From IMG/VR virus record IMGVR_UViG_3300034064_001787, positions 1 to 63,568 of that record: DNA of 63,568 bases. One strand, 5' to 3'. This stretch comes from a virus. Taxonomy: Duplodnaviria > Caudoviricetes. A program made the position numbers and the translations under genes. This document shows positions 43,948 through 54,069 of the stretch, one piece after another. The first letter of the stretch is position 1; the number at the start of each line of letters is the position of its first letter. The notes under the pieces are model-generated. The model ran no database searches. It was not told the DNA's origin and saw only the letters and a program-made list of their open reading frames with translations.

Positions 43948-46835
43948 TTCAGTCGCTGCGCCGCGCCACCCACGTTCAGGCCTTTCACGGTCTGAATGAG
44001 CTTGTCCAGCCGCTCCACCACTTTCTTCGTATCCGCCCCGGCACTCACCCCGCCGCCGCCGCCGATCCGCTGCAGGCTGTCCACCTGCTGGCCGCGTCCC
44101 ATCAAAGCCTGGAATAACCCGCCTTCACGCTCCAGCTCGCGCCCCATGCGGTTGCGCTGCACTTCGGTGTCGGCTTGTTTCTCCGCCTCGGCTTTAGACA
44201 GGCCGGTTTGATCCATCAATTCCCGCGCGCGGCGGGCCTTCCCCGCGTCTTCTTCGATGCGGGCCGCGTCTTCCTCCAGCTTCCGCGCCTCCGCGCCCCG
44301 CCCGCCCAAACGCGCCGCCTGCGCCTCCAGTTTTTTCTGCGCGGACTGTTGATCTGCCGTGTTTTCCGCCACCGCCAGCGCTTTTTTCAGCGCCAGCATC
44401 CGCTCCTCCGCCTTCAGCGCCTTCAAGCGGTTGCGATAAACCTCATCGTCAATTTCTTTGTAAGAGCGCTGCTGCTCCAGCCTCTCCTTTTCAATGCGGA
44501 GCTGCGCCTCCGCCGCCGCCAAAGCGCCCCGCGTTTCCTCCGTGCCCGCCATCCGCGCCGCTTGGCCAGACTCCGCCACCGCCCGCTCCCGCGCCCGTTT
44601 TTCCTGCTCCGCTTGCGCCCGTGCCGCGATTTCCTGCGGCTTATTCACCAGCGCCTGCTGCAGCTCGCGTTTCAGCCGCTCCACCTCCGCGCTCATGACC
44701 TGTGCGGACGCTGGGGTGATCCCCGCCGCGCCCGCCACATTTTCCAGCATGGCACGTTGCTTCTGCGCCTGCACCAGCGCCCGCTCGGCGGCTTCGATGG
44801 CCGCCGCCCGCTTCTCAGCATCCTCACCGCCTTCCGTCTCGGAGTTTTGCAGCTCCCGCAGCTTCGTTTCTGCTGCGCCGATGCTTTGCACCGCAGCTTG
44901 ATACTTCGCATACAGCGTCAGCTTGGCTTGCATCTTCACGATGGCACTGTCCTGGGCCTCCGCCAGTTGCAGCTCCTGCTGCAGCAGCGCCTGCTCTTCC
45001 GTCCTCAGCGCGTCCATCGCACGGACAGCGGCGTCATATTGCGCGAATGCCGCTTCACTCGGGTTGGCCTTGTAGGCGCTCATCGCCATGTCCATCCGCC
45101 CTGTTTGCTCCGCCTGTTGCGCCTGGTTTTTCATCAGGGCCGTGCCCACCCCCTGCTTGTTCTGCTCAAAGGTTTGGATCTCCAGGTTCTCCTTCACCGC
45201 CGCCGCCCGCTCATTGCCCAGCTTCTCCGCCTCCTTGCGCAGGGAGGCCTCCCGCGCCAGCGGGCTCATCGTCTGCCGATCGGCATCGATCTGCGCCTGA
45301 GTTTCCGCCCGCGCATTGCCCCGGCGGGCCGTCTGGTTTTCCACATAAAACGCGTTTTTCTCCAACGTGTCCCGTGGCAAACTGTCCATCTTCTCCAACT
45401 CACGTTTGAGCCGGATCTGCCGCTCAATCGCCGCCGTGCGCCGGTCGGACTGGCCCGCCCCCGCGGCCGCCGCCTCATCACGGTAAGCCTGCGCCAACTC
45501 ATCCAGCGTGCCTTTGTAAGCCGCAGAAAGCTGGTCCAGCGTTTTCACCGCCTGCCGCTGCGCTTCCAGTTTCGCCAGCAGTGCGTCAGTGGCACCCTCA
45601 TACTCGCGCAGCGCCCGGGCGTTTCCCTGGACCCTGTTGGAATACATCTGCCACAGGGCCGCCGCTGCTGCCAACACCACCACCACCGCCCCCAGCGACC
45701 CCGTGACCAAAGCCTTCGCCGCTCTTCCTAGCAAAGCCAGTGCCTTGGAAAGGTTCGTCAGCGCCCGCCCCGTCAGCGTGGACGCACCCGCCAGCCCCGT
45801 GAGCCACACCACGGCCTTCCCACCCACCGCCGAGCCCGCCAGCGCCACCAGTGCCACCGACAGCGTCCCCACGGCCCGCGTCACAAATTCCAAACCTTGA
45901 GCCACCAACGGCAAACCGGTGACAAACGCCAAAAACCGCGATCCCAACGAGTTGACCACGGAAACCAAGCCCCCCAGGCTGTCCCCCAGGCTGGCCACCA
46001 CAGGCTGCAGGTTCTCCATCGCCTTGATCTGCGCTTGCAGGCTTTCTTTCTGGCCTTCCAGGAAATTCTCACTGAACGCCACCTTCAGTGCGTCCGCCGT
46101 GTCATTGGCCGTCTCCTGCAGGCCTTCAAAGGACTTGCTGGTGTAGCTCATGGTGCCGCTGGAACGGGCCAGCTCGCTTTCCACCACCCGCCACACCTCG
46201 GAAAAGCCCGCGCCGCTCTCTTGCAGCCGCTCCAGCGCCGTGCGGGCCTGCCCAGAGATCACCCCCAGCTCCGCCAGTCGGAACAGCACCTCCCCCACCG
46301 GTCGGCCGGCCGCCAAACCGTCATAGAGACGCCCCACATACACCGCCATGTCTTGAAATCCCACCCCCGCTTGGGAGGCCGCATCGCCGATCATGCGCAT
46401 GGCCGCGGCGTTCGAGAGCGCCCCGCGCGTCAGGCTTTCCAGCGCTCGGTTCCCTTGCAGGATGTCCTGCAGATTGAACGGAGACTCCACCCCAAAGCTG
46501 CGCAGCTCCCGCAACCGCTGCTTGGCCGCATCCAGGCCTTTCAGCAGCACCCGGAGCTGGTTCTGCGCCGTCTCGATCTTCGCCGCCGAGCCCGTGCCCA
46601 TGCTGGCAAAGGCCTTGGTCAAGGCGTAAATCCCCTTCGTGGCCCCGTAGGCCACGCCCACAAACTTACCCATCGGCCCCAGCAGATGCGTGGCGATGGC
46701 CTGCCCCACGCCATTGAGCGCCGCCTCCGCCTTGGAGCCTCCCAAGATCAGCGTGCCCAACGCCGCCGCACCACCTTCTTTCAAAGACTGCGAGTTTGCG
46801 TCGATTCGTTTGCGGATGTTGCCGATGTCAGCCAT
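43944..46835 (-). CDS. Tail tape measure protein
   Basis: 963 aa, Ala-rich helical, tape-measure N-terminal domain (SPF.L..I), VDSLQRIGGGG; TTGAC-N14-ATG. Confidence 0.88.
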   Translation of the reverse strand: MADIGNIRKRIDANSQSLKEGGAAALGTLILGGSKAEAALNGVGQAIATHLLGPMGKFVGVAYGATKGIYALTKAFASMGTGSAAKIETAQNQLRVLLKGLDAAKQRLRELRSFGVESPFNLQDILQGNRALESLTRGALSNAAAMRMIGDAASQAGVGFQDMAVYVGRLYDGLAAGRPVGEVLFRLAELGVISGQARTALERLQESGAGFSEVWRVVESELARSSGTMSYTSKSFEGLQETANDTADALKVAFSENFLEGQKESLQAQIKAMENLQPVVASLGDSLGGLVSVVNSLGSRFLAFVTGLPLVAQGLEFVTRAVGTLSVALVALAGSAVGGKAVVWLTGLAGASTLTGRALTNLSKALALLGRAAKALVTGSLGAVVVVLAAAAALWQMYSNRVQGNARALREYEGATDALLAKLEAQRQAVKTLDQLSAAYKGTLDELAQAYRDEAAAAGAGQSDRRTAAIERQIRLKRELEKMDSLPRDTLEKNAFYVENQTARRGNARAETQAQIDADRQTMSPLAREASLRKEAEKLGNERAAAVKENLEIQTFEQNKQGVGTALMKNQAQQAEQTGRMDMAMSAYKANPSEAAFAQYDAAVRAMDALRTEEQALLQQELQLAEAQDSAIVKMQAKLTLYAKYQAAVQSIGAAETKLRELQNSETEGGEDAEKRAAAIEAAERALVQAQKQRAMLENVAGAAGITPASAQVMSAEVERLKRELQQALVNKPQEIAARAQAEQEKRARERAVAESGQAARMAGTEETRGALAAAEAQLRIEKERLEQQRSYKEIDDEVYRNRLKALKAEERMLALKKALAVAENTADQQSAQKKLEAQAARLGGRGAEARKLEEDAARIEEDAGKARRARELMDQTGLSKAEAEKQADTEVQRNRMGRELEREGGLFQALMGRGQQVDSLQRIGGGGGVSAGADTKKVVERLDKLIQTVKGLNVGGAAQRLN

Positions 46836-46850
46836 GCCCACCCGCCCGCG

Positions 46851-47525
46851 TCAACAGTTGACGCCGCGCATCTTCCGCATCAGCGCCCAGGCCCGCTCCC
46901 GCGCCTCCTCCACCGGGCACAGTTCCGGCTCGGTGATGGCGCGTGTCTGCCGTGCCTTCTCCATCATCTCCCGGTCGGCCTCAGTCTCGAACTTCCGCCC
47001 GCCCTCGCGGCTGTTGATCGTCTCATACAGCCACCGCGCCAGCCCTGCCGGCCATTCCATGATGATCTGCTCCGCTGGCAGCCCGCACTCCGCCAGCCGC
47101 GTCCACACCTCCAGCAGCGGCGGCGCATCCCGCCGGAAAAACACCCCGCCCGCCCCCTCCTCGGCCTCGCGCTCCAGCATTTCCGGCGCGTGCTCGCAGC
47201 TCTTCAGCCAGGCCCGCAGCACCTCGAAGTGTTTCGGCATGCGCCAGCCGTGGCACAGCACCCGCCACCAGGTGCGTAGCCGCACGCAGCGCCGGGGGCG
47301 TGCCAGCCAGCGTGCCGCCGCCTGTGGATGACGGCGGCAGATTTCCACCACCAGATCCACATCCGGCAGCAGCAGCCGCCCACCGGTCATGATCTCACTG
47401 CCCGCCATGCGCAGCAGTTCGCGGTGCATCAGGCTCAGCGGCCGCAGCTCATGCCCCAGCACGCGCCAGCGCCCCGCCCCCAGCCAAGCCAGCAAACACT
47501 CATCCAGACGTGGAAAGTCATTCAT
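46851..47525 (-). CDS. Tail assembly chaperone (putative)
   Basis: Lies between the tail tube and tape measure genes. Confidence 0.55.
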   Translation of the reverse strand: MNDFPRLDECLLAWLGAGRWRVLGHELRPLSLMHRELLRMAGSEIMTGGRLLLPDVDLVVEICRRHPQAAARWLARPRRCVRLRTWWRVLCHGWRMPKHFEVLRAWLKSCEHAPEMLEREAEEGAGGVFFRRDAPPLLEVWTRLAECGLPAEQIIMEWPAGLARWLYETINSREGGRKFETEADREMMEKARQTRAITEPELCPVEEARERAWALMRKMRGVNC

Positions 47526-47556
47526 GCCCCGCTCAAACCGTCAACAGCCCACCCCA

Positions 47557-47589
47557 AACGGAAAACGGCGGCCCCCACAGGCCGCCGTT
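47557..47589 (-). terminator. Terminator after the tail tube gene
   Basis: AACGGCGGCC/GGCCGCCGTT stem with T-rich tail on the minus strand. Confidence 0.55.
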
Positions 47590-47621
47590 CTCTCATGTGT
47601 CACTACCTACGACCCAAAAAA

Positions 47622-48014
47622 TCAAGCCGCGATCGTCGAGCTCGCGCTGCTGGTGATCTGGCTGAAGTTCACCGCCGTGATCGTGCCCGTGCGGAAATCG
47701 TCCTTCTTCACGCCTTTTTCCGCCGTGCGGCAGATATAGACCAGACCGCCATAGTTGAAGGTCTTGCCCTTCGCGGCGACGAACAGCGCGTTGTTGGAAA
47801 TGTAGCCATTCAGCGTCAGGCTCTTCTTACCGCCATCGTCCATGACGTAGGCCACGGTGCGGTTGTAGGCGTCCTTGCCCTCGGCTTCGATCTCCGGCTC
47901 ATCGGAAACGGTGACTTCTTGCGGGGTCAGGCCGACTGTGGCCGCAATCGCCGCCGCCTCCGCGTCAGTGAAACCATATCCGTAACCCGTGTTGCCAAAT
48001 TGTTTGAGAGCCAT
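47622..48014 (-). CDS. Major tail tube protein (putative)
   Basis: 130 aa, beta-rich; gene position; followed by a terminator. Confidence 0.6.
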   Translation of the reverse strand: MALKQFGNTGYGYGFTDAEAAAIAATVGLTPQEVTVSDEPEIEAEGKDAYNRTVAYVMDDGGKKSLTLNGYISNNALFVAAKGKTFNYGGLVYICRTAEKGVKKDDFRTGTITAVNFSQITSSASSTIAA

Positions 48015-48027
48015 GATGCCCTCCGCC

Positions 48028-48483
48028 TCATGTCAACACCGCGTCAGGCGTGTTGACCGGGCCGCCCTCCTGTTTTTCCAGCACCCCGCAGCCCACACTC
48101 ATCTCAAACAGCGTGCCCTGTTCCTGCTCAGTATTCGCCGCCGTGCTGCGCTGCATCACAAAGCCGTAGAGCCGCAGCTCATGCGTCTCATCCACCCCCG
48201 GACGCGGCAGCATTTCCAGCGCGTCCCGCACTTCCTGCACCACCTTCGCGTGCTCAAGCCCGCTGCCTTCATCGAGTCCATGTGTCACCAGGATCGCCAC
48301 TGAGACGTAAAAAACACCGCTCTCCGGCGTTGTTTCCCGGGCTTCATCGCACTGCACCACGCCATAAGGCGGGTTTCCTTCGGGGCAGTCCTGGCTGGCA
48401 TGCCACGTCAGCTTAGGCACACGCCCGGTCAGTTCCTCACACAGGCTTTTTTCCAGACGGTATTGAATTGGCAGCAGGCTCAT
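48028..48483 (-). CDS. Tail completion/terminator protein (putative)
   Basis: PPYGVV pattern; gene position. Confidence 0.55.
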   Translation of the reverse strand: MSLLPIQYRLEKSLCEELTGRVPKLTWHASQDCPEGNPPYGVVQCDEARETTPESGVFYVSVAILVTHGLDEGSGLEHAKVVQEVRDALEMLPRPGVDETHELRLYGFVMQRSTAANTEQEQGTLFEMSVGCGVLEKQEGGPVNTPDAVLT

Positions 48484-48498
48484 GCCCTGGCCTGCGCG

Positions 48499-48846
48499 TC
48501 AACGCCGCGAGGACAACGCCTCCACCTGCAAGTCCAACCCCGCGCCACCCAGATCCTCCACCACCGTCACTTTGCCCGTGAACGCCCCGCGCTGCACCTT
48601 CAGCCCCTTCAGCGTCAGTGCCGCCTGCTCCGCGTCTGGCACCAGCGCCTGAACCTGTGCCCGGCTCAGATGCACCACGAAGGCGATGCCGCTGTTGCGC
48701 AGGCCCCTCTCGCCCAAAAACGAGCCAGCGGCGGCGGGCGCACCCACCACCGCTGTCACGCGTGCTTCACCCAGAATCAACTCCTCACCCATTTCCGTCT
48801 CCAGAAACGCATCAGAAGCCGCCCAGGCGTCGTCAAAAGCGCCCAT
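48499..48846 (-). CDS. Head-tail joining protein (FII-like, putative)
   Basis: 115 aa; gene position. Confidence 0.5.
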   Translation of the reverse strand: MGAFDDAWAASDAFLETEMGEELILGEARVTAVVGAPAAAGSFLGERGLRNSGIAFVVHLSRAQVQALVPDAEQAALTLKGLKVQRGAFTGKVTVVEDLGGAGLDLQVEALSSRR

Positions 48847-48849
48847 GGC

Positions 48850-49296
48850 TTATGGAGTGGTGCCACCTGCCAAGAAGCCCAGCTTGATCTGCGTGGCGGT
48901 GTTCGCCACGCCAGCGATGAGCAGTTTGTCACCGCTGTCCGCAGGCGCGGGTTGCAGCTTGCCTGCCGTGCCAGAAAGCACCAGCACCTGCCCTGCCGCC
49001 ATGACTTCCGTGGTCGTTGCCCCAGTGTCCAGGGCGGTGTCGGTGTTCACCACCGAGAAACGGCAGCCATTGCCCGCGCAAGCGCTGGCCGCGAGGCCTT
49101 CGATGCCCGCGTTGGGAGCCGTGCTGCCGCCGCTGGCCGGAGTGCTGCTGTCCGCGTCGCACTTAAACCACTTGTCCAGCGTGGCATCGCGGTAAACCGC
49201 GTCACCCACGGCGATGGACTCGCCCCCGATCACGGTTTGGACGGCGGCGGAGGAAGACGGTTTGAAATCAGCAGCGGTGAAGACGTAGAGGCCCAT
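48850..49296 (-). CDS. Virion structural protein (decoration/fibre-like)
   Basis: GESIAVGDAVY...W.K.DAD...G.LVLSGTAG. Confidence 0.55.
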   Translation of the reverse strand: MGLYVFTAADFKPSSSAAVQTVIGGESIAVGDAVYRDATLDKWFKCDADSSTPASGGSTAPNAGIEGLAASACAGNGCRFSVVNTDTALDTGATTTEVMAAGQVLVLSGTAGKLQPAPADSGDKLLIAGVANTATQIKLGFLAGGTTP

Positions 49297-49319
49297 AATG
49301 CCTCACGCAGGATGTCAAC

Positions 49320-49661
49320 TCACCATTGCCCCATCGGGCACCGGCTCGTCGGCAGCGCATGCTTCGCCGCACTGCAGCCGCAGCCCGGATGCCGGCAGCG
49401 GCCCGTGCCTGCAAAAGCGGCCGCATCCCAGTGCGGACACTCTTGGCAGATGGCTCGGCGCTGGGCGATGAGCTCGGGGTCTGCTTTGGGCGCTCCACTG
49501 GCGATCCATTGGCCGACTTCTTTGGCGGCCCGCACGGCGAGCGTGGGCAGGCCCGGCAGTGGCGCTGGCCAGTGCTCACAGTGCGCGGTCGGATCTCGCG
49601 GGAGGCGGCAGAGCGCCCGCTGCGGACAGCGCATGCAGATGGAAAGATGCGCGGGCTTCAT
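49320..49661 (-). CDS. Cys-rich zinc-binding protein (DUF6171-like)
   Basis: R..IC..C...C...CGC...K......CP.G.W. Confidence 0.6.
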   Translation of the reverse strand: MKPAHLSICMRCPQRALCRLPRDPTAHCEHWPAPLPGLPTLAVRAAKEVGQWIASGAPKADPELIAQRRAICQECPHWDAAAFAGTGRCRHPGCGCSAAKHALPTSRCPMGQW

Positions 49662-50518
49662 GATTCGGGCGCAAATTTCATGGGGCAGACACAACGCAGG
49701 ACTTTATCCAAGGATTGCCAGTCTTCAGCCCAGGTAGGCATGGTGGAGCTGAAGAGCTGGGGGATGCCAGGAACCAGGGTGACACGCGTGAGGGGCAGAT
49801 CCGCAAGAAGCCCTGTGCCTTGGCCGATGACAAGATGCAACGAGAACCCTCCAACGCTGCGCAGCTCACTCTCGTATTGGGCGACGCTGGCGAGCAAGGG
49901 TGGGCCCTCAAGACCGCGGCTGGCACCAGCGAGGTAGAAGCTCAAGTAACCGCCCGCTTCACTGCCTCTGTAAGCGTCCACGGTTAGAACATCTGTCCAG
50001 TCGGACCATGCGCCCCATTCAAAGGCTTCAACCGCTTCAGCCTTGACTGCATCTTCGGTGGTGGAAGCACCACCATAAGTGAGGGTTGGAGTTTCAATGA
50101 TGGAGTAATCGGCTGGCGGGTCAAGCAGCGTTTCCAAACAGTTTTCTGGGTCATAAGTGGTGTCAGCAGGCTCGCCGGCACAGTCGGGCACCTCCTCAGT
50201 GCCCCCCCAAGAGACGAGTGCAGCGGGACCCGCATATTCAAACACGGTTTCTTCACAGGAGCGCACAAGCATGTCGGGCGTGGGAGCGCTGTCGTAGGCC
50301 TTGCGAATGGTGGCGGTGGTGAGTTCGGTGTGGTAAGCGTCGGTTTCAGGGTTTTGGTAGGCAGCGCACTTTTGAGCGTAGGCACCGCCATAACGGGTGC
50401 GGATCTGCAGGCGGAGGTCGCGGTCACAACAACCCACAAGGCAGTGGCTCAAGGGCGGGATACCAGGACCAACGCCGGTGAGCACCTCACTTTCATCATA
50501 TTCCGGCAGGCAAAGCAT
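49658..50518 (-). CDS. Tail-associated hypothetical protein
   Basis: ORF in the tail operon. Confidence 0.6.
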   Translation of the reverse strand: MLCLPEYDESEVLTGVGPGIPPLSHCLVGCCDRDLRLQIRTRYGGAYAQKCAAYQNPETDAYHTELTTATIRKAYDSAPTPDMLVRSCEETVFEYAGPAALVSWGGTEEVPDCAGEPADTTYDPENCLETLLDPPADYSIIETPTLTYGGASTTEDAVKAEAVEAFEWGAWSDWTDVLTVDAYRGSEAGGYLSFYLAGASRGLEGPPLLASVAQYESELRSVGGFSLHLVIGQGTGLLADLPLTRVTLVPGIPQLFSSTMPTWAEDWQSLDKVLRCVCPMKFAPES

Positions 50519-50522
50519 GCGG

Positions 50523-51179
50523 TTAGGGTGTCCAAATTGCGCCGACGTTGCGGCCTTCCTCGGTGCCGTCAGAGGCGTCACACACGCTCACGTTAAGGTT
50601 GGTTGTGGTGGGCTGCTGGCGCATTACCGCCCCATCCACCACATGAGCGATCAAGCGGTAGGTGATGAGCGTGTTGAGCGTCGCGTCAAAATCATCCACC
50701 ACCGGCGACCCACTGGTATGAATCACCAACGGGTCTGCGTCTGTGAACTCCGCCGACGTCAGAAAAAAGTGGGCACCGAAGACCAGATCAAAGGTCGCCT
50801 TCACATACACCCAAAAACTTCCCGTCAAACTCAGATCATTGCCATCTTCACCGATGGGCTCACCACTCAAGGTTGGAATCCGCCCCCGTGCCGTGCCCGC
50901 GTGGATCGTCCCCTCATAATCCCCTGCCTCATGGATGTAAAAAGGGTGGATCACCAAACCACCCCCGCCACCGCGCCGAAACCGCCCACTCATTGAGATC
51001 GTCGTGCCTTGCGGCCCACTGCGCACACGCACCCCTGGCCCACCGCGCACATGCTTCCCCATCGCCGCTTCCTGCGCCAGCTTACCCATCGCGTTGAACC
51101 GCGCCGCCGTCAGCGCCGCGCTCACTCGGTCTCCCGGCGTCAGCGGTGCCAGATGTTCATTGAATCGGGCCGCGCTCAT
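50523..51179 (-). CDS. Tail tip-associated protein (putative)
   Basis: GD..SA..FN...G.GVRV...P.GT.I...HPF pattern. Confidence 0.55.
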   Translation of the reverse strand: MSAARFNEHLAPLTPGDRVSAALTAARFNAMGKLAQEAAMGKHVRGGPGVRVRSGPQGTTISMSGRFRRGGGGGLVIHPFYIHEAGDYEGTIHAGTARGRIPTLSGEPIGEDGNDLSLTGSFWVYVKATFDLVFGAHFFLTSAEFTDADPLVIHTSGSPVVDDFDATLNTLITYRLIAHVVDGAVMRQQPTTTNLNVSVCDASDGTEEGRNVGAIWTP

Positions 51180-51937
51180 GACGTGTAAATCTGGGTGTCC
51201 CAGCCGTTGCGCCCGGAAAGTTTCCACTCCCGTGAAATTTCATACACGACGCGGTTCACCACCCCACTCGGGTCGCCTCGGCGGCGGTAAGTAAAGCCCA
51301 CATACAGCCAGTTCCGCCGCCCCAGGCTGCCGCGGAAGCCCGGGCCTGGCACATCGCCGCTGATTTCCCCAAACCCGCTAACGTGAGGCAGAGAGTAGCT
51401 CACGTAATTCTCCCGGTAGGTCATCACCGCGTCCAGATAACTCTCAATGCCCGCCTTGCGGTTCAGGCTCCCATCCACATACGGGTAAAAGCTGTCGAAA
51501 ACCGCCAACGTATTATCCGCCGAAGGGTATCCCGTGCTTGGGTCGATGAACAAGGCCCCATTCACCGGGGCGCTCGGTTTTCCCGCGATCGTCAGGAATT
51601 TCGGATGCGTGGAGATGGGCTGCTCCTCCATGCCGATGATCAGCTCATAACTTGGCTTCTCCAGGTTCTCGTAATTGACCCCGGCATACGAGCACACCGC
51701 CTCCGCACCATCCGCCCCATAGACCAACTCCTGCTGCTCCATCCACAACCGCCCATTGTAGGGGTGCGCTCCGCCCAGAGGGCGCGCCCCCTGCAGGATC
51801 AGCCCGGCGCCGTAAGGTTCACCCTTGCAAGAGAACACACACTCCCCCTGCTCCAGTCCGTTGCGCTCACGCCGCGTGCGGGCCGAACCCGGCACGACAT
51901 GAATCGCATAAGCACCTCCGAAAATCTTGATCGCCAT
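51176..51937 (-). CDS. Distal tail/baseplate protein (putative)
   Basis: EQPISTHPKF...GIESYL...NWL...GWD..IY; TTGAT-N14-ATG. Confidence 0.6.
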   Translation of the reverse strand: MAIKIFGGAYAIHVVPGSARTRRERNGLEQGECVFSCKGEPYGAGLILQGARPLGGAHPYNGRLWMEQQELVYGADGAEAVCSYAGVNYENLEKPSYELIIGMEEQPISTHPKFLTIAGKPSAPVNGALFIDPSTGYPSADNTLAVFDSFYPYVDGSLNRKAGIESYLDAVMTYRENYVSYSLPHVSGFGEISGDVPGPGFRGSLGRRNWLYVGFTYRRRGDPSGVVNRVVYEISREWKLSGRNGWDTQIYTS

Positions 51938-51965
51938 ACCCCCGCTCCTCTATCAACCCACCCAT

Positions 51966-52109
51966 TCAAGGCTGCACTTGACGCGCCCGCTTTTGACGGG
52001 CCGCCTCGCGATCCGCGAGGGCAAACAGAGCGATGAGTCCAAGCGCTCCAACAGCGACCAGCGCAAACAAAATGCCCGCCACCCACGCGATGATTTGCAG
52101 CCAGGTCAT
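51966..52109 (-). CDS. Small single-TM protein (47 aa)
   Basis: MTWLQIIAWVAGILFALVAVGALGLIALFALAD...; not in the ORF track. Confidence 0.55.
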   Translation of the reverse strand: MTWLQIIAWVAGILFALVAVGALGLIALFALADREAARQKRARQVQP

Positions 52110-52141
52110 GGGATCGCGGAGGTGGTGAAGGTGGTGAAGGT

Positions 52142-52573
52142 TTAATTTTTCGGCTGGACGAGCACCGGCTGCTTCGCGCTGGTGAGCACCTCACGCACCT
52201 CACGCAGAGCGGCAGCGTCGTCAGCGGTGAAAAGCTGCTTACGCTCGCCGTAGCCGATGGCGATGGCGGAGAGGGGCGCGAGGTAGGAGCAGCTCGGCAG
52301 ACTCAGGAGGCAGAGGCAGGCGATGAGGAGCTTCGGCGTGTTGGTGCCGAGCCAAATGGCGGAGAGCCAGCCGCGCATGCCGGTGCCGTTTTGCAGCGCT
52401 TTGAGCCAGCGCCCGAGCATCATGAGGGTGATGAGGGCAAGGCTCGTGTAACCGGCATACTGCGCAGGCACGGCGGTATCCACGGCGGCTTGCAGCGCGG
52501 GATCAACGGCCTGTGCGGAGAGTAGGGGGCAGAGGGCGAAGAGCAGGAGGCAGGAGAGTAGGAGGGTTTTCAT
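52142..52573 (-). CDS. Membrane protein (holin- or spanin-like candidate)
   Basis: Signal-like N-terminus, TM helices, internal lipobox-like LPSC. Confidence 0.5.
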   Translation of the reverse strand: MKTLLLSCLLLFALCPLLSAQAVDPALQAAVDTAVPAQYAGYTSLALITLMMLGRWLKALQNGTGMRGWLSAIWLGTNTPKLLIACLCLLSLPSCSYLAPLSAIAIGYGERKQLFTADDAAALREVREVLTSAKQPVLVQPKN

Positions 52574-52640
52574 GATATTGGAAGCTGCGTGTCAAAAGTG
52601 GGAGGGACGAGGTTGACGGGATTGACCGGAGTGACGGTGC

Positions 52641-52928
52641 TCATTGTTCTCCCTCGCTCATTTTCGCGGCGACTTTGCCGGGCACTTTGCCAAGCTGACT
52701 GGCGATGCCGTGGAGACGGCCTTCGAGGTTGCTGATCTGCTGGCCGTGAGCCTTCACGTCTGGGGAGATGCGGCTTTGCTCGGCTTCGACGCTGCGCAGT
52801 CTCAGCTCCATGGTCGCGGCCCAAATAGCCCCACTGACGATGATCATGAGCGCGGCCAGGAGGAGCTTGGCGAGACGCTCCAGGCGAGAGAGAATGAGGT
52901 CGATACGGGAGAGGGAATCTTCGCTCAT
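52641..52928 (-). CDS. Single-TM coiled-coil protein (holin-like candidate)
   Basis: TM segment followed by heptad repeats. Confidence 0.5.
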   Translation of the reverse strand: MSEDSLSRIDLILSRLERLAKLLLAALMIIVSGAIWAATMELRLRSVEAEQSRISPDVKAHGQQISNLEGRLHGIASQLGKVPGKVAAKMSEGEQ

Positions 52929-52942
52929 GTGTGGTTCAAGGT

Positions 52943-53395
52943 TCAAATTTGCGCGGCAGCGGCGAAGATGGCGTCGATTTGCTCGGGGGTTTGGCCGATG
53001 GCTAAAGCGAGGGCGATGACGAATGGGTGATCTCGTTGCACCGTGGTGCTCTGCGCCGTTTGCCACCAGATCTTGCCTTCGACGGTGGCGAGTGCGGCGA
53101 CTTCGACTTGCTCGTAAAGCCCGGCTTGAAGGAGTGCAAAGGCCAGGGAGCGAAACGGGACGATGACTGGAGTCGATGGGATGTCGTGGATCTGCCAGCC
53201 AAATGTCAGCGTCTTGGCGGTGTGATCTGCTGTCTCGGTGCGCGTGACGAATTGATTGGCGGTGATTTCCGGCTGCGGGGTTTCGATGACCTCGTAGATT
53301 ACAAGCGAGGGATCAAGTCCGACAATATCGGCATCATCGCTTCGCGGATACGTCGTCAAAAAGGTATGCGTGAGGGTATCGAAGAGTTTTTTCAT
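52943..53395 (-). CDS. Tail fibre-associated protein
   Basis: W..A.TV.R.HP...L...G.T.EQID.IF..A C-terminus. Confidence 0.6.
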   Translation of the reverse strand: MKKLFDTLTHTFLTTYPRSDDADIVGLDPSLVIYEVIETPQPEITANQFVTRTETADHTAKTLTFGWQIHDIPSTPVIVPFRSLAFALLQAGLYEQVEVAALATVEGKIWWQTAQSTTVQRDHPFVIALALAIGQTPEQIDAIFAAAAQI

Positions 53396-54069
53396 GAGTC
53401 AGGGAAAGCAGCGGTGGGAGGCGTAAAATCAGCGGTATATCGAGCAACGCCTTTAGTGACACGAATCTCCAGTCCTCCCGTGAAATTTCCGTTGCCGCCC
53501 GACATGCCGCCAACGAGGAGTGTGTTGGAACTGTTGTTGTAATTGTATGAATCTGTGACCGACGACACCTCGATGCCATTGATATACATTTTATGAGTTG
53601 TTCCTGACCTCACATGCGCGACGTGCGTCCATAGCCCCAAGTAAGCGCTGAAACTGACGCTGTATAAGTTGCCGTCCGTGATAAAACGCTGCCAATAGAG
53701 TCGCGAGTTGTAAAGTATCACATTCCACGCGCCTTGCACATAGGCACGCAGTCCGAAAATTTGGCCTGCCGTGTTGGACGTTTTGATCCAATACTCGACG
53801 GTAAAATCGCCATTGCCGAACGCCCAATGTGAACCGGCGGGAAATGTTACTGCGTTTGAGCCAGAACAACTCAACGACGCCGTTCCAAATTTGGGATCAG
53901 TGGTGCTCGTGATAACTCCCGTGTTTGCTGTTTGCGTCAGCTCTAGGGCGGAGCTGTCGATGATGTCGGTGCTACCGTTGGTGCCGTCGCCGTGGAGCAG
54001 CAAGACCACGCTGGCGAAATGCGGATCGTTGGGCCCAGTGGCAAAGCGATAGGGATTCACCAGGTTCAT
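53392..54069 (-). CDS. LamG/ConA-like lectin domain tail protein
   Basis: VVLLLHGDG, GDFTVEYW, WTHVA.VR, EIRVTKGVARY. Confidence 0.85.
   Translation of the reverse strand: MNLVNPYRFATGPNDPHFASVVLLLHGDGTNGSTDIIDSSALELTQTANTGVITSTTDPKFGTASLSCSGSNAVTFPAGSHWAFGNGDFTVEYWIKTSNTAGQIFGLRAYVQGAWNVILYNSRLYWQRFITDGNLYSVSFSAYLGLWTHVAHVRSGTTHKMYINGIEVSSVTDSYNYNNSSNTLLVGGMSGGNGNFTGGLEIRVTKGVARYTADFTPPTAAFPDS

Noticed and set aside
44175-49737. Long plus-strand ORFs (518, 460 and 445 aa)
   Set aside because: Antisense shadows of the tape measure and tail genes
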